From Candidatus Latescibacterota bacterium (GTDB lineage Bacteria > Latescibacterota > UBA2968), in assembly GCA_965204375.1 (NCBI GenBank), contig OZ241986.1, forward strand, positions 1,184,001-1,248,000: DNA of 64,000 bases, read 5' to 3'. The notes beneath the pieces were generated by a model, which made no database searches, had not been told where the DNA came from, and saw only the letters and a program-made list of their open reading frames with translations. Positions 19,403 to 27,964 of the stretch are shown piece after piece (within the stretch, counting starts at the first letter, position 1; every line of letters starts with the position of its first letter). A program made the translations under genes and the position numbers.

Positions 19403-21430
19403 TCAAGCCTGCCCAATCACCAGGATCGGCAAGGCATCCCGTATTTCGATTTGTGCGTTGCGAGACACTGTTTCGGTTTCTCCCGTGCATAGATGATAGA
19501 TGCGAACAGGGCTGATGTCGAGTGAAAAATCGAGAGTATTGAGATTAAAAATATCACGGGCAGGTAGTATGAGAGCGAGCCTGCGATGGATGTTGTTGAG
19601 ATACAGGACGCGGTTGTTTTCTCGTATTTGTTCGGCGGAATCTGTAAAGGTAGTGGGGTGGACGGGGCTGTTGAGGAGCGTGTTCAGACAACGCAGGGTG
19701 TGAAAAGACGCGCGGGGGTTGCAGAGGGTGTCGAGCAATCCATGTGTGACATCCATTGTGCGGTCAAAGTCGGTGAGTGGATCGACAAATAGGCGCGCAT
19801 CCGGCAGGCCGACACTGGCAAATGTGGCTTCGGCAATTCGGCGGGCGTTGGCGCTGTCGTTCTGCGCGTCTAATTCGAGTAAGATGTCGATGTGACCGAT
19901 ATTCGAGTATTTGCGTTCGCTCAGGGATTGGATATAAGTCCAGGGCGATTCATTGGGCGGTACGCGACAGATGACGCGCTGAAGGTGAATGTCGGCGTTT
20001 TGGAGGGTCGCGTTCGGACTCTCGAGTTCGTCGAGGTGATAACCCATTCGAGTTCGCAGGTGTTGTTTGCCGTGTACGCGTTCGTTGGGGATAATCGGGC
20101 AAATCGAGAGTTCTGCAAGCTTTGCACATCGGTTGAGTGTTTCGCAAACTTCATCGGATGATAGCGAAGGATCAGATATCTGAATTTCCCAGTTCTGTAT
20201 AAAATCGAGGTTGGTTTCGATGTGTTCGGGCAATGAAGCGATGCGCGGTTCGAGAAATGTGGCAATGGGTGTTATTCCTTCGGAGCGGAGCATTTCGAGG
20301 CGCGTGCGTTGAAGGGGGTCGCGCAGGTCGCGCCAGGGAAAGCGCACGAATTTAGCACCGAGTTCTATGCAGGCCAAAAGGTGCTGGTCATTGCGTACTT
20401 TTTGACGTATGACAGAGGGATATGCAATTGGGACTTCCGCTATGGGCGTGATGGGGTGGCGGAGGGTAAGTCCCACAGGAGAAGACAGAGTGGCAGATGT
20501 GCAGGTGATGAGGTGGCTGCGGGCAGGGCGTTTTATTTCGCCTTTTGTGCGGATGAAGTGGATGTCGGTGTGATCGGCGCGTATGCGGAGGAGATAAAAC
20601 CCCAGCTTGCCGGTGTCGTCTCGCCCCTGTTCGGGTGGGGGAGGGCTGGCGTAGAGATGGCCGAATCCCGGGCGCGTAAAGGATGTGGAAGCGGCGATGA
20701 AATAGCGCGTTTTGCCGATTTTGTCGTAAAAGGGATAGTGTACGTGTGCCGCGAAGAGGAGTTCGATCCCGTATTTTTGAATCAATGCGAGGAGGCGGTC
20801 TCGATCTGGTGGGCTGATATTGTCGTAGTGTCCCAATCCCGGTTCATTTTTATCCCAAAGATAGAGGGGAAGGTGAAAAAAGAGAAAGAGCCGCTGGTTT
20901 TTGTGTTTTTCAAGGTCGGATTCAAACCATTTCCACTGGTCGTCTGCTTCGGGGATTTTTGAGTTGAGGATCTGGGAATTGAGTACGATAAAATGACACA
21001 GGTCGCGGTCAAAACTGTACCAGGAAGGACCAAAGTGATTGTGGAAGTACGCGAGAGATTCCGCAGTTGCCGCATGGGTGGGCATGGTGGGATCGGTTTT
21101 GTCGCCGACATCGTGATTGCCAGCGACGTAGTGGGGAGAAATATTACAGGCGCGTATCTGATCGCGAGCTTCGACCATCGCGCGTTTGAAGTCCGGCGTT
21201 TCGGGATATTCCTGGACGAGGTCGCCCATGTGGATGACAAAGTCAGCCCCAATATCTGATACCTGTTGCAGGGCTGTGCCGGCGCGCTGGGTTTGCACGC
21301 GGCGCGATTCAAATTCGAGCGGGCGGTCGCCAACGTCGATCATGTAATGCGTATCGGCGATGACTACGCATTCAAATTGTGCGGGCGGCAGGTGGGTTTT
21401 GTCGAAGCTTATTTTTCTTCCGCTTTCCAT
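19403..21430 (-). CDS. Calcineurin-like metallophosphoesterase with a large C-terminal extension
   Basis: ADTH, GDL, GNHD, FHLP and AHVH motifs in the N-terminal ~300 aa. Confidence 0.82.
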   Translation of the reverse strand: MESGRKISFDKTHLPPAQFECVVIADTHYMIDVGDRPLEFESRRVQTQRAGTALQQVSDIGADFVIHMGDLVQEYPETPDFKRAMVEARDQIRACNISPHYVAGNHDVGDKTDPTMPTHAATAESLAYFHNHFGPSWYSFDRDLCHFIVLNSQILNSKIPEADDQWKWFESDLEKHKNQRLFLFFHLPLYLWDKNEPGLGHYDNISPPDRDRLLALIQKYGIELLFAAHVHYPFYDKIGKTRYFIAASTSFTRPGFGHLYASPPPPEQGRDDTGKLGFYLLRIRADHTDIHFIRTKGEIKRPARSHLITCTSATLSSPVGLTLRHPITPIAEVPIAYPSVIRQKVRNDQHLLACIELGAKFVRFPWRDLRDPLQRTRLEMLRSEGITPIATFLEPRIASLPEHIETNLDFIQNWEIQISDPSLSSDEVCETLNRCAKLAELSICPIIPNERVHGKQHLRTRMGYHLDELESPNATLQNADIHLQRVICRVPPNESPWTYIQSLSERKYSNIGHIDILLELDAQNDSANARRIAEATFASVGLPDARLFVDPLTDFDRTMDVTHGLLDTLCNPRASFHTLRCLNTLLNSPVHPTTFTDSAEQIRENNRVLYLNNIHRRLALILPARDIFNLNTLDFSLDISPVRIYHLCTGETETVSRNAQIEIRDALPILVIGQA

Positions 21431-21836
21431 TCGGCGATTTTTTCATCGGCTTTGCGACGCAGTTCGCGGCCCTTGTCCGGGGTGGGGTCTTCTATGATGC
21501 CATAGACCTGGCGACCTTCGTGATCTTCGGGCAAGTATTCGGTAATGGGCATGCCTTCGGGGGTGACAAAGAGCAGACAGTGACAGTATTTAAAAATTTT
21601 CATTTCGTCACAGGCACAGACCCATTCGCGGCTGCGTTCGAGTTCGGCCTTTTTGTCGGGATAAAAGTTGCAAGGGCAAAGTGGGCGACCGAGTTCATCG
21701 ATGTTTTGTGCAAGGCCGTTGATGACTGTGTCGGCGACTTCTCGGTTGGATGCGGCGATGTCCCGGTTTTCTCCCAGTATTTTTCCGTGTATATCTGCAT
21801 TCTTTTGAGGCTTTTTTCTGTGGGTTCAGACGACAT
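21409..21836 (-). pseudogene. ftrB: Ferredoxin-thioredoxin reductase catalytic subunit, split by a 1-bp frameshift near 21747 (pseudogene or sequencing error)
   Basis: Restoring one base after ...GTSPHP gives NREVADTVINGLAQNIDELGRPLCPCNFY...WVCACDEMKIFKYCHCLLF, i.e. the CPC/CxC/CHC motifs. Confidence 0.85.
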
Positions 21837-21872
21837 GGCGTTTACCTCCAGTTTTTGGATCTTGTGTTTGGA

Positions 21873-22685
21873 CTACAAGTGGCTGTTGAGATAGTCCATA
21901 GATTTACGGAGTTCTGCTCTGGCATCGCCCGGGGGGATACTGCATTCAAAACCGCAGTAGTGCTCGTAGCCGATGTCGGATAGTGCTTTGAGCGGGGGAC
22001 CAAAATCTGTGTGACCATAGCCAGGTAAGATGCGATTGCTGTCGGCCAGATGTACATTGGCGATGTGTTTACCCCCTGCGCGGATGGCTTCGGCGAGGTC
22101 GGCTTCCTCAATGCTCATGTGGAAGAGATCGGCCATGGTGGCAATAGATGGGCTGCCCACGGCTTCGCAGATTTCAACGCCCTGGGCTACCGTGCAGGGC
22201 CACCACTGTTCGTAGCGGTTCAGGGGTTCTATGATCAGAAGGCTGCCGCACGCTTCGGCATGCGGTGCGATGTCTTGTTTTAGAATTTCGATGAGGAGAT
22301 CTTTTTCAAGTGTAGATGTGCTGTACAGGGGCGAGAGGTCGGGAATGCGTTCGCCACCGCCCATTTTGATGCCGATAAGCGGTGGAAAAATTACACCTAT
22401 ACCGCCGACTTCCGTACACAGAGTCAGGGCGTCGTTAATGGATTTTACGGCTGCGTTGCGTTCCTGGGCACGCGCGTCAAGCAGACCTTTACTGCCCCGG
22501 GAAGAGCAGATATTGGGCACAATACCCGTCGCGTCTGACGCTGCTTTGATCTCATCCGCAAAATCTGAGGTGCTGCTATTGGTGATTTCAATGCCGGAAA
22601 AGCCGAGTTCTTTGAGGGCCTGGAATTTCTCCATCAGGGTGTTGCCAGGCGCCATGGGTTCGCGAAGAGAATATTTGATGGTCAT
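21873..22685 (-). CDS. Sugar phosphate isomerase/epimerase (xylose isomerase-like TIM barrel)
   Basis: IEPLNRYE, DLFHM, HLADSNR..PG.G..DF, GFE; start MTIKYSL at 22685. Confidence 0.88.
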   Translation of the reverse strand: MTIKYSLREPMAPGNTLMEKFQALKELGFSGIEITNSSTSDFADEIKAASDATGIVPNICSSRGSKGLLDARAQERNAAVKSINDALTLCTEVGGIGVIFPPLIGIKMGGGERIPDLSPLYSTSTLEKDLLIEILKQDIAPHAEACGSLLIIEPLNRYEQWWPCTVAQGVEICEAVGSPSIATMADLFHMSIEEADLAEAIRAGGKHIANVHLADSNRILPGYGHTDFGPPLKALSDIGYEHYCGFECSIPPGDARAELRKSMDYLNSHL

Positions 22686-22767
22686 AATTAGTTCCGATAT
22701 GAGTGATAGTGCGATCCTATGAAAAGGGTTCAATGATCTGATGGAGATTTTTTTGGGAAAACCAATT

Positions 22768-23298
22768 TCAACGCGCTGGTGGGGGAGGCGGGGAAGAGTA
22801 GGTGCGGGCGGCTCTACCGTTGCGTCGGATTGCATCTGCGATAGGTCCAAGCCGCGATGGCCCCGAAAACATCCCGTCGTCCAAAATTCTCTGAATCTCG
22901 TCCGTTTCCATTGTCGCTATGAACTTGAAAACTCTTGGGATGGCACTGGCCCGAGACTTGGATGCGGGTTCATCAATCCCGTAAATTTGGCAGAAGTTTC
23001 TAATGTCGCCAAAAGTTGGGAGAAAAGCCTTGTTTTCAAATCTATTGGCAAGCTCAGCCGCTATTGGCTTTTTCTTCGAAGAAAGTTCCATCTTGGCAAC
23101 ATACTCCGGAGCATTAATCTTTGCCCTCTTATTAAGGGACTTTGTTACTGCTTTTTTATCAGATAGCACTTTGCTCTGTTTGGAGCTTTTGAGTTGACGA
23201 TCAGCAAGGTGAATTTCCCTTAGAGACTGGTCAACTTGCTCGAAACCATATTGGCGAACTATCAAACGCAGCGTATCTTTGAGTTTAGCTTTGCTCAT
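22768..23298 (-). CDS. Hypothetical basic protein, partner of the upstream ParA-like ATPase
   Basis: 176 aa, GGAGG RBS 22 bp gap after the ParA stop; no family recognised. Confidence 0.65.
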   Translation of the reverse strand: MSKAKLKDTLRLIVRQYGFEQVDQSLREIHLADRQLKSSKQSKVLSDKKAVTKSLNKRAKINAPEYVAKMELSSKKKPIAAELANRFENKAFLPTFGDIRNFCQIYGIDEPASKSRASAIPRVFKFIATMETDEIQRILDDGMFSGPSRLGPIADAIRRNGRAARTYSSPPPPPAR

Positions 23299-23320
23299 AA
23301 GCTATCAGACCTCCGGGCCA

Positions 23321-24166
23321 TCAAAACCCAAGCTCTGCAAAAAATTCGCTTGCAAAATTATCAAAGAGAACGGCGTCTCCAAGATGCGTAAAATTTCCAC
23401 GCATCATTTTGGGGAATCCACGAGAAAGAGGAATTTGGTTCTCGAATATGTGCCATCCACTTTCTATCGCTTCTTGATATATTTCACGCATAGCTCTATG
23501 CCTTTCTGGCCCTCCCATGTTCCCACTATAATGATAGGCTGAATTGTTGATAACGACGCCGATAACATCAATCCGGTGGCCTCGATTATGGCTTCTGAAT
23601 GTGTTAAGAGAATCGTTTAGTAATGGAAAGCCAATGGTTGCAAAATACTCAGGCTTGACAGGCACAAGGATGTAACGCGAGGCGTGATATGCAGCTTGTG
23701 TGAATATCGATTCTGTTGGAGCGCAATCTATGATAATGAGGTCTTTGTCTTGAAAATGATCAGAGATAAACCGGGCGAGAATCTTCGGGTCAGGTTTAAG
23801 TGAGTTAACCAAGTTATCTGAAAAATCAAATCTCGAAGGAATGACTTGCAGATTTCGACCCCCTAATGAGGTATTGCCGATAGCTATGCTTGCAACATCA
23901 AGTGGACCTGGTGATGTACTACTGGAGGTTGGTGGCCGATACCCATTAAATATTTCAACAATTGATGGGGACTGGTTATCTATAAACTGTCTATATTCCC
24001 TTATAAAGGCTTGAGAAAGGTTAGCTTGTGGATCCAGGTCAATCGCAAGGACATCAAGATCAAGACGTAACGCCGCATACCGACTCAGCAACGCCGCAAT
24101 AGTCGTCTTGCCGACGCCGCCTTTCATGTTAATCACCGAGACACAAACAGGTCCCGTTTGGGCCAT
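23321..24166 (-). CDS. ParA/Soj-family ATPase (orphan, no parB)
   Basis: NMKGGVGKTT, IDLDPQANLS, IIIDCAPT. Confidence 0.9.
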   Translation of the reverse strand: MAQTGPVCVSVINMKGGVGKTTIAALLSRYAALRLDLDVLAIDLDPQANLSQAFIREYRQFIDNQSPSIVEIFNGYRPPTSSSTSPGPLDVASIAIGNTSLGGRNLQVIPSRFDFSDNLVNSLKPDPKILARFISDHFQDKDLIIIDCAPTESIFTQAAYHASRYILVPVKPEYFATIGFPLLNDSLNTFRSHNRGHRIDVIGVVINNSAYHYSGNMGGPERHRAMREIYQEAIESGWHIFENQIPLSRGFPKMMRGNFTHLGDAVLFDNFASEFFAELGF

Positions 24167-24206
24167 ATTTATCTCCTACGTTGCGAAGGCTGAATGTTAC
24201 TTGATG

Positions 24207-24240
24207 TTAATATACGGTCTTTAGGACAAAAGGCAAGTTT
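24207..24240 (-). promoter_or_regulatory. sigma70-type promoter, copy 1 of a 34-bp direct repeat
   Basis: Minus strand TTGCCT-16 bp-TATATT, 40 bp upstream of the ParA start. Confidence 0.6.
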
Positions 24241-24360
24241 CGGAGATAGCGTCCGCGAGGGGGCGACCGTGTACACTGATGGGTCACAGGTCTATAAATG
24301 AAAATCATCGTCCAGAAGTTTGAAGACAAAAAAATCAAATACCGCGAGTTGATTACATGA
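24241..24360 (+). mobile_element. IS1595-family transposase remnant (5' truncated, internally deleted)
   Basis: Fragments DSVREGATVYTDGSQVY (VYTD motif) and MKIIVQKFEDKKIKYRELIT* (resembles the GKRLxYxxLI C-terminus). Confidence 0.65.
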
Positions 24361-24367
24361 ACGATGC

Positions 24368-24613
24368 CTAAATTTCCGGTTTTGCTTTTACCAAAAACGG
24401 AGTCAGTCCATGCTGTAACTCAAATTCTTTATTTTCTTCGACAGTATAAAGAAGCCCTTCTTGTCTGAGTTCCTCAATCAGGCTTTTTATAGTCTGTGGG
24501 GCAATGTCGGGGTACAGTTTTAATATAACGGGGTGATTGTTGAGCAAAAATTCTTCGCCAACACCATCTTCATATCGCCTTATAACTTGCAATATCCCCT
24601 CTTTCATATTCAT
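24368..24613 (-). CDS. Small hypothetical protein (possible winged helix), putative IS passenger
   Basis: 81 aa, AAGGA RBS, low GC. Confidence 0.5.
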   Translation of the reverse strand: MNMKEGILQVIRRYEDGVGEEFLLNNHPVILKLYPDIAPQTIKSLIEELRQEGLLYTVEENKEFELQHGLTPFLVKAKPEI

Positions 24614-24658
24614 TTCTAATTCCTTACGTAATGAGTGAGTAATGGGTTAAAATTCAAT

Positions 24659-24829
24659 TCATTGATCAGTTCTCTGCTTTTTCATTTCTTCACGGAAGTC
24701 ATCGACTGTCTCGTTCCAGTGCTTCCATCTATTTTTATCCTCGCGCCATTCCCTTAGAGCATCACTGACACCCTTTGCCAGTATGAATAAACCCATTGCT
24801 AAAAACACCCGGCCTATTGCTGCAAACAT
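24659..24829 (-). CDS. 56-aa single-TM hypothetical protein (not in the ORF track)
   Basis: AGGAG RBS, then MFAAIGRVFLAMGLFILAKGVSDALREWREDKNRWKHWNETVDDFREEMKKQRTDQ*. Confidence 0.5.
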   Translation of the reverse strand: MFAAIGRVFLAMGLFILAKGVSDALREWREDKNRWKHWNETVDDFREEMKKQRTDQ

Positions 24830-25085
24830 GTTGTTCTCCTATCTGGTAATCCTATAAGTCGCCAATCTTCGCCTTCTTCCAGTTTGGACAACCCGGAAGT
24901 AAGCCACTCTTTACAATTTGGCCACTTCAATACATAATCCAATCCCCTTAAAATAGGGGTGACACGTATTCTAGCCCCAACTTGGAGGCCACGATGACTT
25001 ACCCTAAAGATATTAAAATTGCCGCGCCAGAGCAATTTGCACTTTTGAATGACCCTGATTTTCAAAATCATGCCTTCAAACTCCT

Positions 25086-26081
25086 TTAAAGCATGAACAG
25101 TCCGGCCTCAATACCGCAAATCAATACAACTTCGTTTGCTTCCGCGATTTTCTTGCAATCCTCGGTGAAAGATTCCGCGCTGCTGAATAGCACCCTGTAC
25201 AGCACTTTCTCCTCCTCTTCCGGTATCCAATTGACCAACTGATTCACCCCTACAACATCATTATAGTCAGTGCCTGTTTTGTGCTTGACCTGCACAATTA
25301 GCAAAGGAGTTCGATACAACGAAACCTCATCGTTAAACCCTGGTATGGGAAGAAAAAATACATGATCTGCGTCCCCACCGTTTCGAGTACTATTACTTCT
25401 GAGTAGCTCATATCCTTTTCGTTCAAAGGCTTCACCTACGGCGGCCTGGAATTGGTCATGCCCCCACTCGTCATTGACATATTGCATCAAAGATTTTGCG
25501 GCTTTCCTTCTTCCCTCATCATATCGCTGTTTCCTGATTGCATCGGGGTTGTGAGGAGTGTCGGTTTTCTTCTGCTTCAGCAACCGCTTCGCAGCGGAAA
25601 GCACTCTTTCATTTTTATAGTCTTGAACTTGGGTAATTGCTGGCCTGGAATACGCACTTTTGAACAACTCATAGATCGTCTGGGAATCCGAGTCGTACCA
25701 GTTGGCTACCTCACGCTGATTTTTCACAGGGATGATATGCCCAAAATCTTTATAGCCTGAGGCCACTTCAAATCGGTAGTCTCCACTCACCTCGACGATG
25801 GTGAAATACCCGTATCTTGGAGCCTTGGGGATAAAAACCAGATCACCTTCATTTATGTCCAGCATGCGTCTCAGTATCGCATGCCGTCGAGAACTGGGGG
25901 ACGCGTTGTATGCCCTCTGGTAGGCTTTCGTCCATTCTTCCCTATTCCGCCCGCTGCCATCGGCATTCAAGAGAGAAGTGCATGGAGGAGACCAGCCTTG
26001 GCGCAAGCATCCTTTCTGTAACTCGTTCTGAACAAAATCGACATCGGAAGCTATGCGAAATACAAAGCAGTTTTGTGACAT
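25086..26081 (-). CDS. Mrr-like (type IV) restriction endonuclease with an N-terminal EVE/PUA-like domain
   Basis: C-terminal F...VGEAF...GY, GGDADH, LIVQVKH; N-terminal EGDLVFIP...VSGDYRF. Confidence 0.75.
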   Translation of the reverse strand: MSQNCFVFRIASDVDFVQNELQKGCLRQGWSPPCTSLLNADGSGRNREEWTKAYQRAYNASPSSRRHAILRRMLDINEGDLVFIPKAPRYGYFTIVEVSGDYRFEVASGYKDFGHIIPVKNQREVANWYDSDSQTIYELFKSAYSRPAITQVQDYKNERVLSAAKRLLKQKKTDTPHNPDAIRKQRYDEGRRKAAKSLMQYVNDEWGHDQFQAAVGEAFERKGYELLRSNSTRNGGDADHVFFLPIPGFNDEVSLYRTPLLIVQVKHKTGTDYNDVVGVNQLVNWIPEEEEKVLYRVLFSSAESFTEDCKKIAEANEVVLICGIEAGLFML

Positions 26082-26151
26082 AATGGTTTCCTTTTTGTTT
26101 GCAAGCTCGACGATAGTAGAGTGTATCGTGGCGTAAGTATTGCAGCATATA

Positions 26152-26223
26152 TATTGCCGTCACTCATGCACAATGACGGATTAAAACCTTCTGGATTGCG
26201 GCTAAAATCATGCCGCAATGACA
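26152..26223 (+). repeat. Two short ATTGC...CAATGAC palindromic units (REP/dRS3-like)
   Basis: attgccgtcactcatgcacaatgac and ctggattgcggctaaaatcatgccgcaatgac. Confidence 0.5.
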
Positions 26224-26303
26224 ATCACAAGTAAGATTTATATGCACAGTCTTTTTTACCGAGATGCAATAGTGAATTGGGAAGGCGATTCACACTTCTA
26301 AAA

Positions 26304-26350
26304 TTAATATACGGTCTTTAGGTACGGTCTTTAGGGCAAAAGGCAATTTT
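26304..26350 (-). repeat. Copy 2 of the promoter direct repeat, carrying an internal 13-bp tandem duplication
   Basis: ttaata-TACGGTCTTTAGG-TACGGTCTTTAGG-gcaaaaggcaatttt versus ttaata-TACGGTCTTTAGG-acaaaaggcaagttt at 24207. Confidence 0.9.
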
Positions 26351-26354
26351 ACCA

Positions 26355-27737
26355 CTATGCTCGCGAGGTTTCCCAACCTTTTTTTAGCACTTTCTCGAGT
26401 TCACTCACTGTTTCGGCATAGCGAGTGTCTTCTGCGGCATTGACGTTTTCTGCGGCATCTTCCCGATGGTCGTAAAGCTCTCGCGCCTTTATCTCTCCCG
26501 TATCTCTCGATTGCCACTCTGTGTAGCGGAAGTCATCGGTCTTGATGGTGTAGCCCATCACGCCTGTGCGTGGATATTGGCTGAAGGCCGCCTGTTTCCA
26601 TGTCCTGTCGGGATTCTCCATCAAGGGAACAAAGCTTTGCCCCTCGAGATGATCGGGTAGCGGTAGATCACACAGGTCGCACAGGGATGGGTACATATCG
26701 ACGAACTCCGTAAGGCCGGATGCCTTTGCGCCGGACTTGCCGCGTTCTGGGGAGCGGATGATCATTGGGGCGTGTGTATCGATGTCGAAGTTTGTGTGCT
26801 TGCACCAGCTGCCGTGTTCGCCGAGTTTCCAGCCGTGATCTCCCCACAGGATTACAACTGTGTTCTCTTTGAGGCCGAGGCGTTCGACTTCGTCGAGTAC
26901 GCGACCGACCTGCGCGTCCATATACGAGACACACGCGCAGTAGCCGTGGACCAATGTGCGCGCCAAGTCCTCGGGTATCGGTCCCTCCTTGGGCATTCCG
27001 AAGTAGCCGCGCAGTTCTCCGAATTCAGTGAGAGAATACTCGGTTACGTTTTCCGGCGCACTGGTATTCAGGGCGAGTGGCAATGCTTCCCGATCGTAAA
27101 CGTCCCAGTGATGCTTTGGGGCGTTGAAGGGCAGATGGGGTTTGTGAAAGCCCACGGCGAGGAAGAAGGGTTGATCGCGCAATTCGTTGAGGGTCTTGAT
27201 CGCCTGATCGGCGTCCTTGCCGTCGTGATAGGCGTCGTCGGGCACGTCCGCGGCTTCAAAAGCCGGTCCCAGACCCCGTCGTGTGGAGCCTTCGGCGGTC
27301 AATAGGGCATCTGTGCGCTCAATCACTTCCATCGCTTCATCCGTCAAATAGCCCCGTCCCTTCCAATCACCTGTTGAGACGTGTGGTTCACTGGACCATC
27401 CTTGCAGATCGTCGTTTCGATGGTGATAGATTTTTCCGATGGATCGCGTCTCGTAGCCGTGCTGCTTGAAGTGCTGTGGTAGCGAGAGTACATCGGGCAT
27501 GACAGACCGCAAGGGGGTCTGTAAATCGTAAATTGTCGTCGTATCCGGGCGGCAGCCGCTGAGAACGCTCGATCGAGAAGGCGCGCATACGGCTTGCTGG
27601 CAGTAGGCCCGCTCAAAGAGGACGCCCTCTGCGGCTAATTGGTCGATGTTCGGAGATTGTACGAAATTCTGACCATAACAACCGAGTTGCGGGCGAAGAT
27701 CATCTACGGCGATGAATAACACGTTCATTTTGTTCAC
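26355..27737 (-). CDS. Sulfatase, iduronate-2-sulfatase-like
   Basis: NVLFIAVDDLRP, CAPSR, GKIYH, GFHKPHLPF, WGDHGWKLGEH. Confidence 0.93.
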   Translation of the reverse strand: MNKMNVLFIAVDDLRPQLGCYGQNFVQSPNIDQLAAEGVLFERAYCQQAVCAPSRSSVLSGCRPDTTTIYDLQTPLRSVMPDVLSLPQHFKQHGYETRSIGKIYHHRNDDLQGWSSEPHVSTGDWKGRGYLTDEAMEVIERTDALLTAEGSTRRGLGPAFEAADVPDDAYHDGKDADQAIKTLNELRDQPFFLAVGFHKPHLPFNAPKHHWDVYDREALPLALNTSAPENVTEYSLTEFGELRGYFGMPKEGPIPEDLARTLVHGYCACVSYMDAQVGRVLDEVERLGLKENTVVILWGDHGWKLGEHGSWCKHTNFDIDTHAPMIIRSPERGKSGAKASGLTEFVDMYPSLCDLCDLPLPDHLEGQSFVPLMENPDRTWKQAAFSQYPRTGVMGYTIKTDDFRYTEWQSRDTGEIKARELYDHREDAAENVNAAEDTRYAETVSELEKVLKKGWETSRA

Positions 27738-27856
27738 AGTTCCTCCCTGAGAATTAAAAATTAGAAGTTAGGCGTTTATTCAGAGCTTGCGTGAGGCAAT
27801 ATAAGAGTGTAAATATAAAAATCAAGTTTGGGATTAAACCGAATCAATGGGTGGGG

Positions 27857-27918
27857 TTCGTCTATTCGTCTATTCGTTGATTCGTCTGTTGACAAGACAA
27901 GTTCTGTGATACCATATT
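27857..27918 (+). promoter_or_regulatory. Four 8-bp tandem units directly abutting a sigma70 promoter
   Basis: ttcgtcta ttcgtcta ttcgttga ttcgtctg, then TTGACA (27889) and CATATT (27913). Confidence 0.6.
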
Positions 27919-27964
27919 ACGAACATGGGATTGGCGATTTTGAACGCTAAATCAGGAGGGTATC

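Noticed and set aside
21740-21790. Programmed -1 frameshift in ftrB
   Set aside because: No X XXY YYZ slippery site at the required junction; a 1-bp deletion is the simpler explanation
22686-22850. N-terminal extension of the TIM-barrel ORF
   Set aside because: Overlaps the upstream gene and looks non-coding; the fold starts near MTIKYSL
23321-24166. Chromosomal parAB/origin region
   Set aside because: No parB, parS palindrome, dnaA or gidAB nearby
24814-25071. 85-aa ORF after the Mrr-like gene
   Set aside because: Has an RBS but no recognisable content and runs across the putative IS end; may be a fragment
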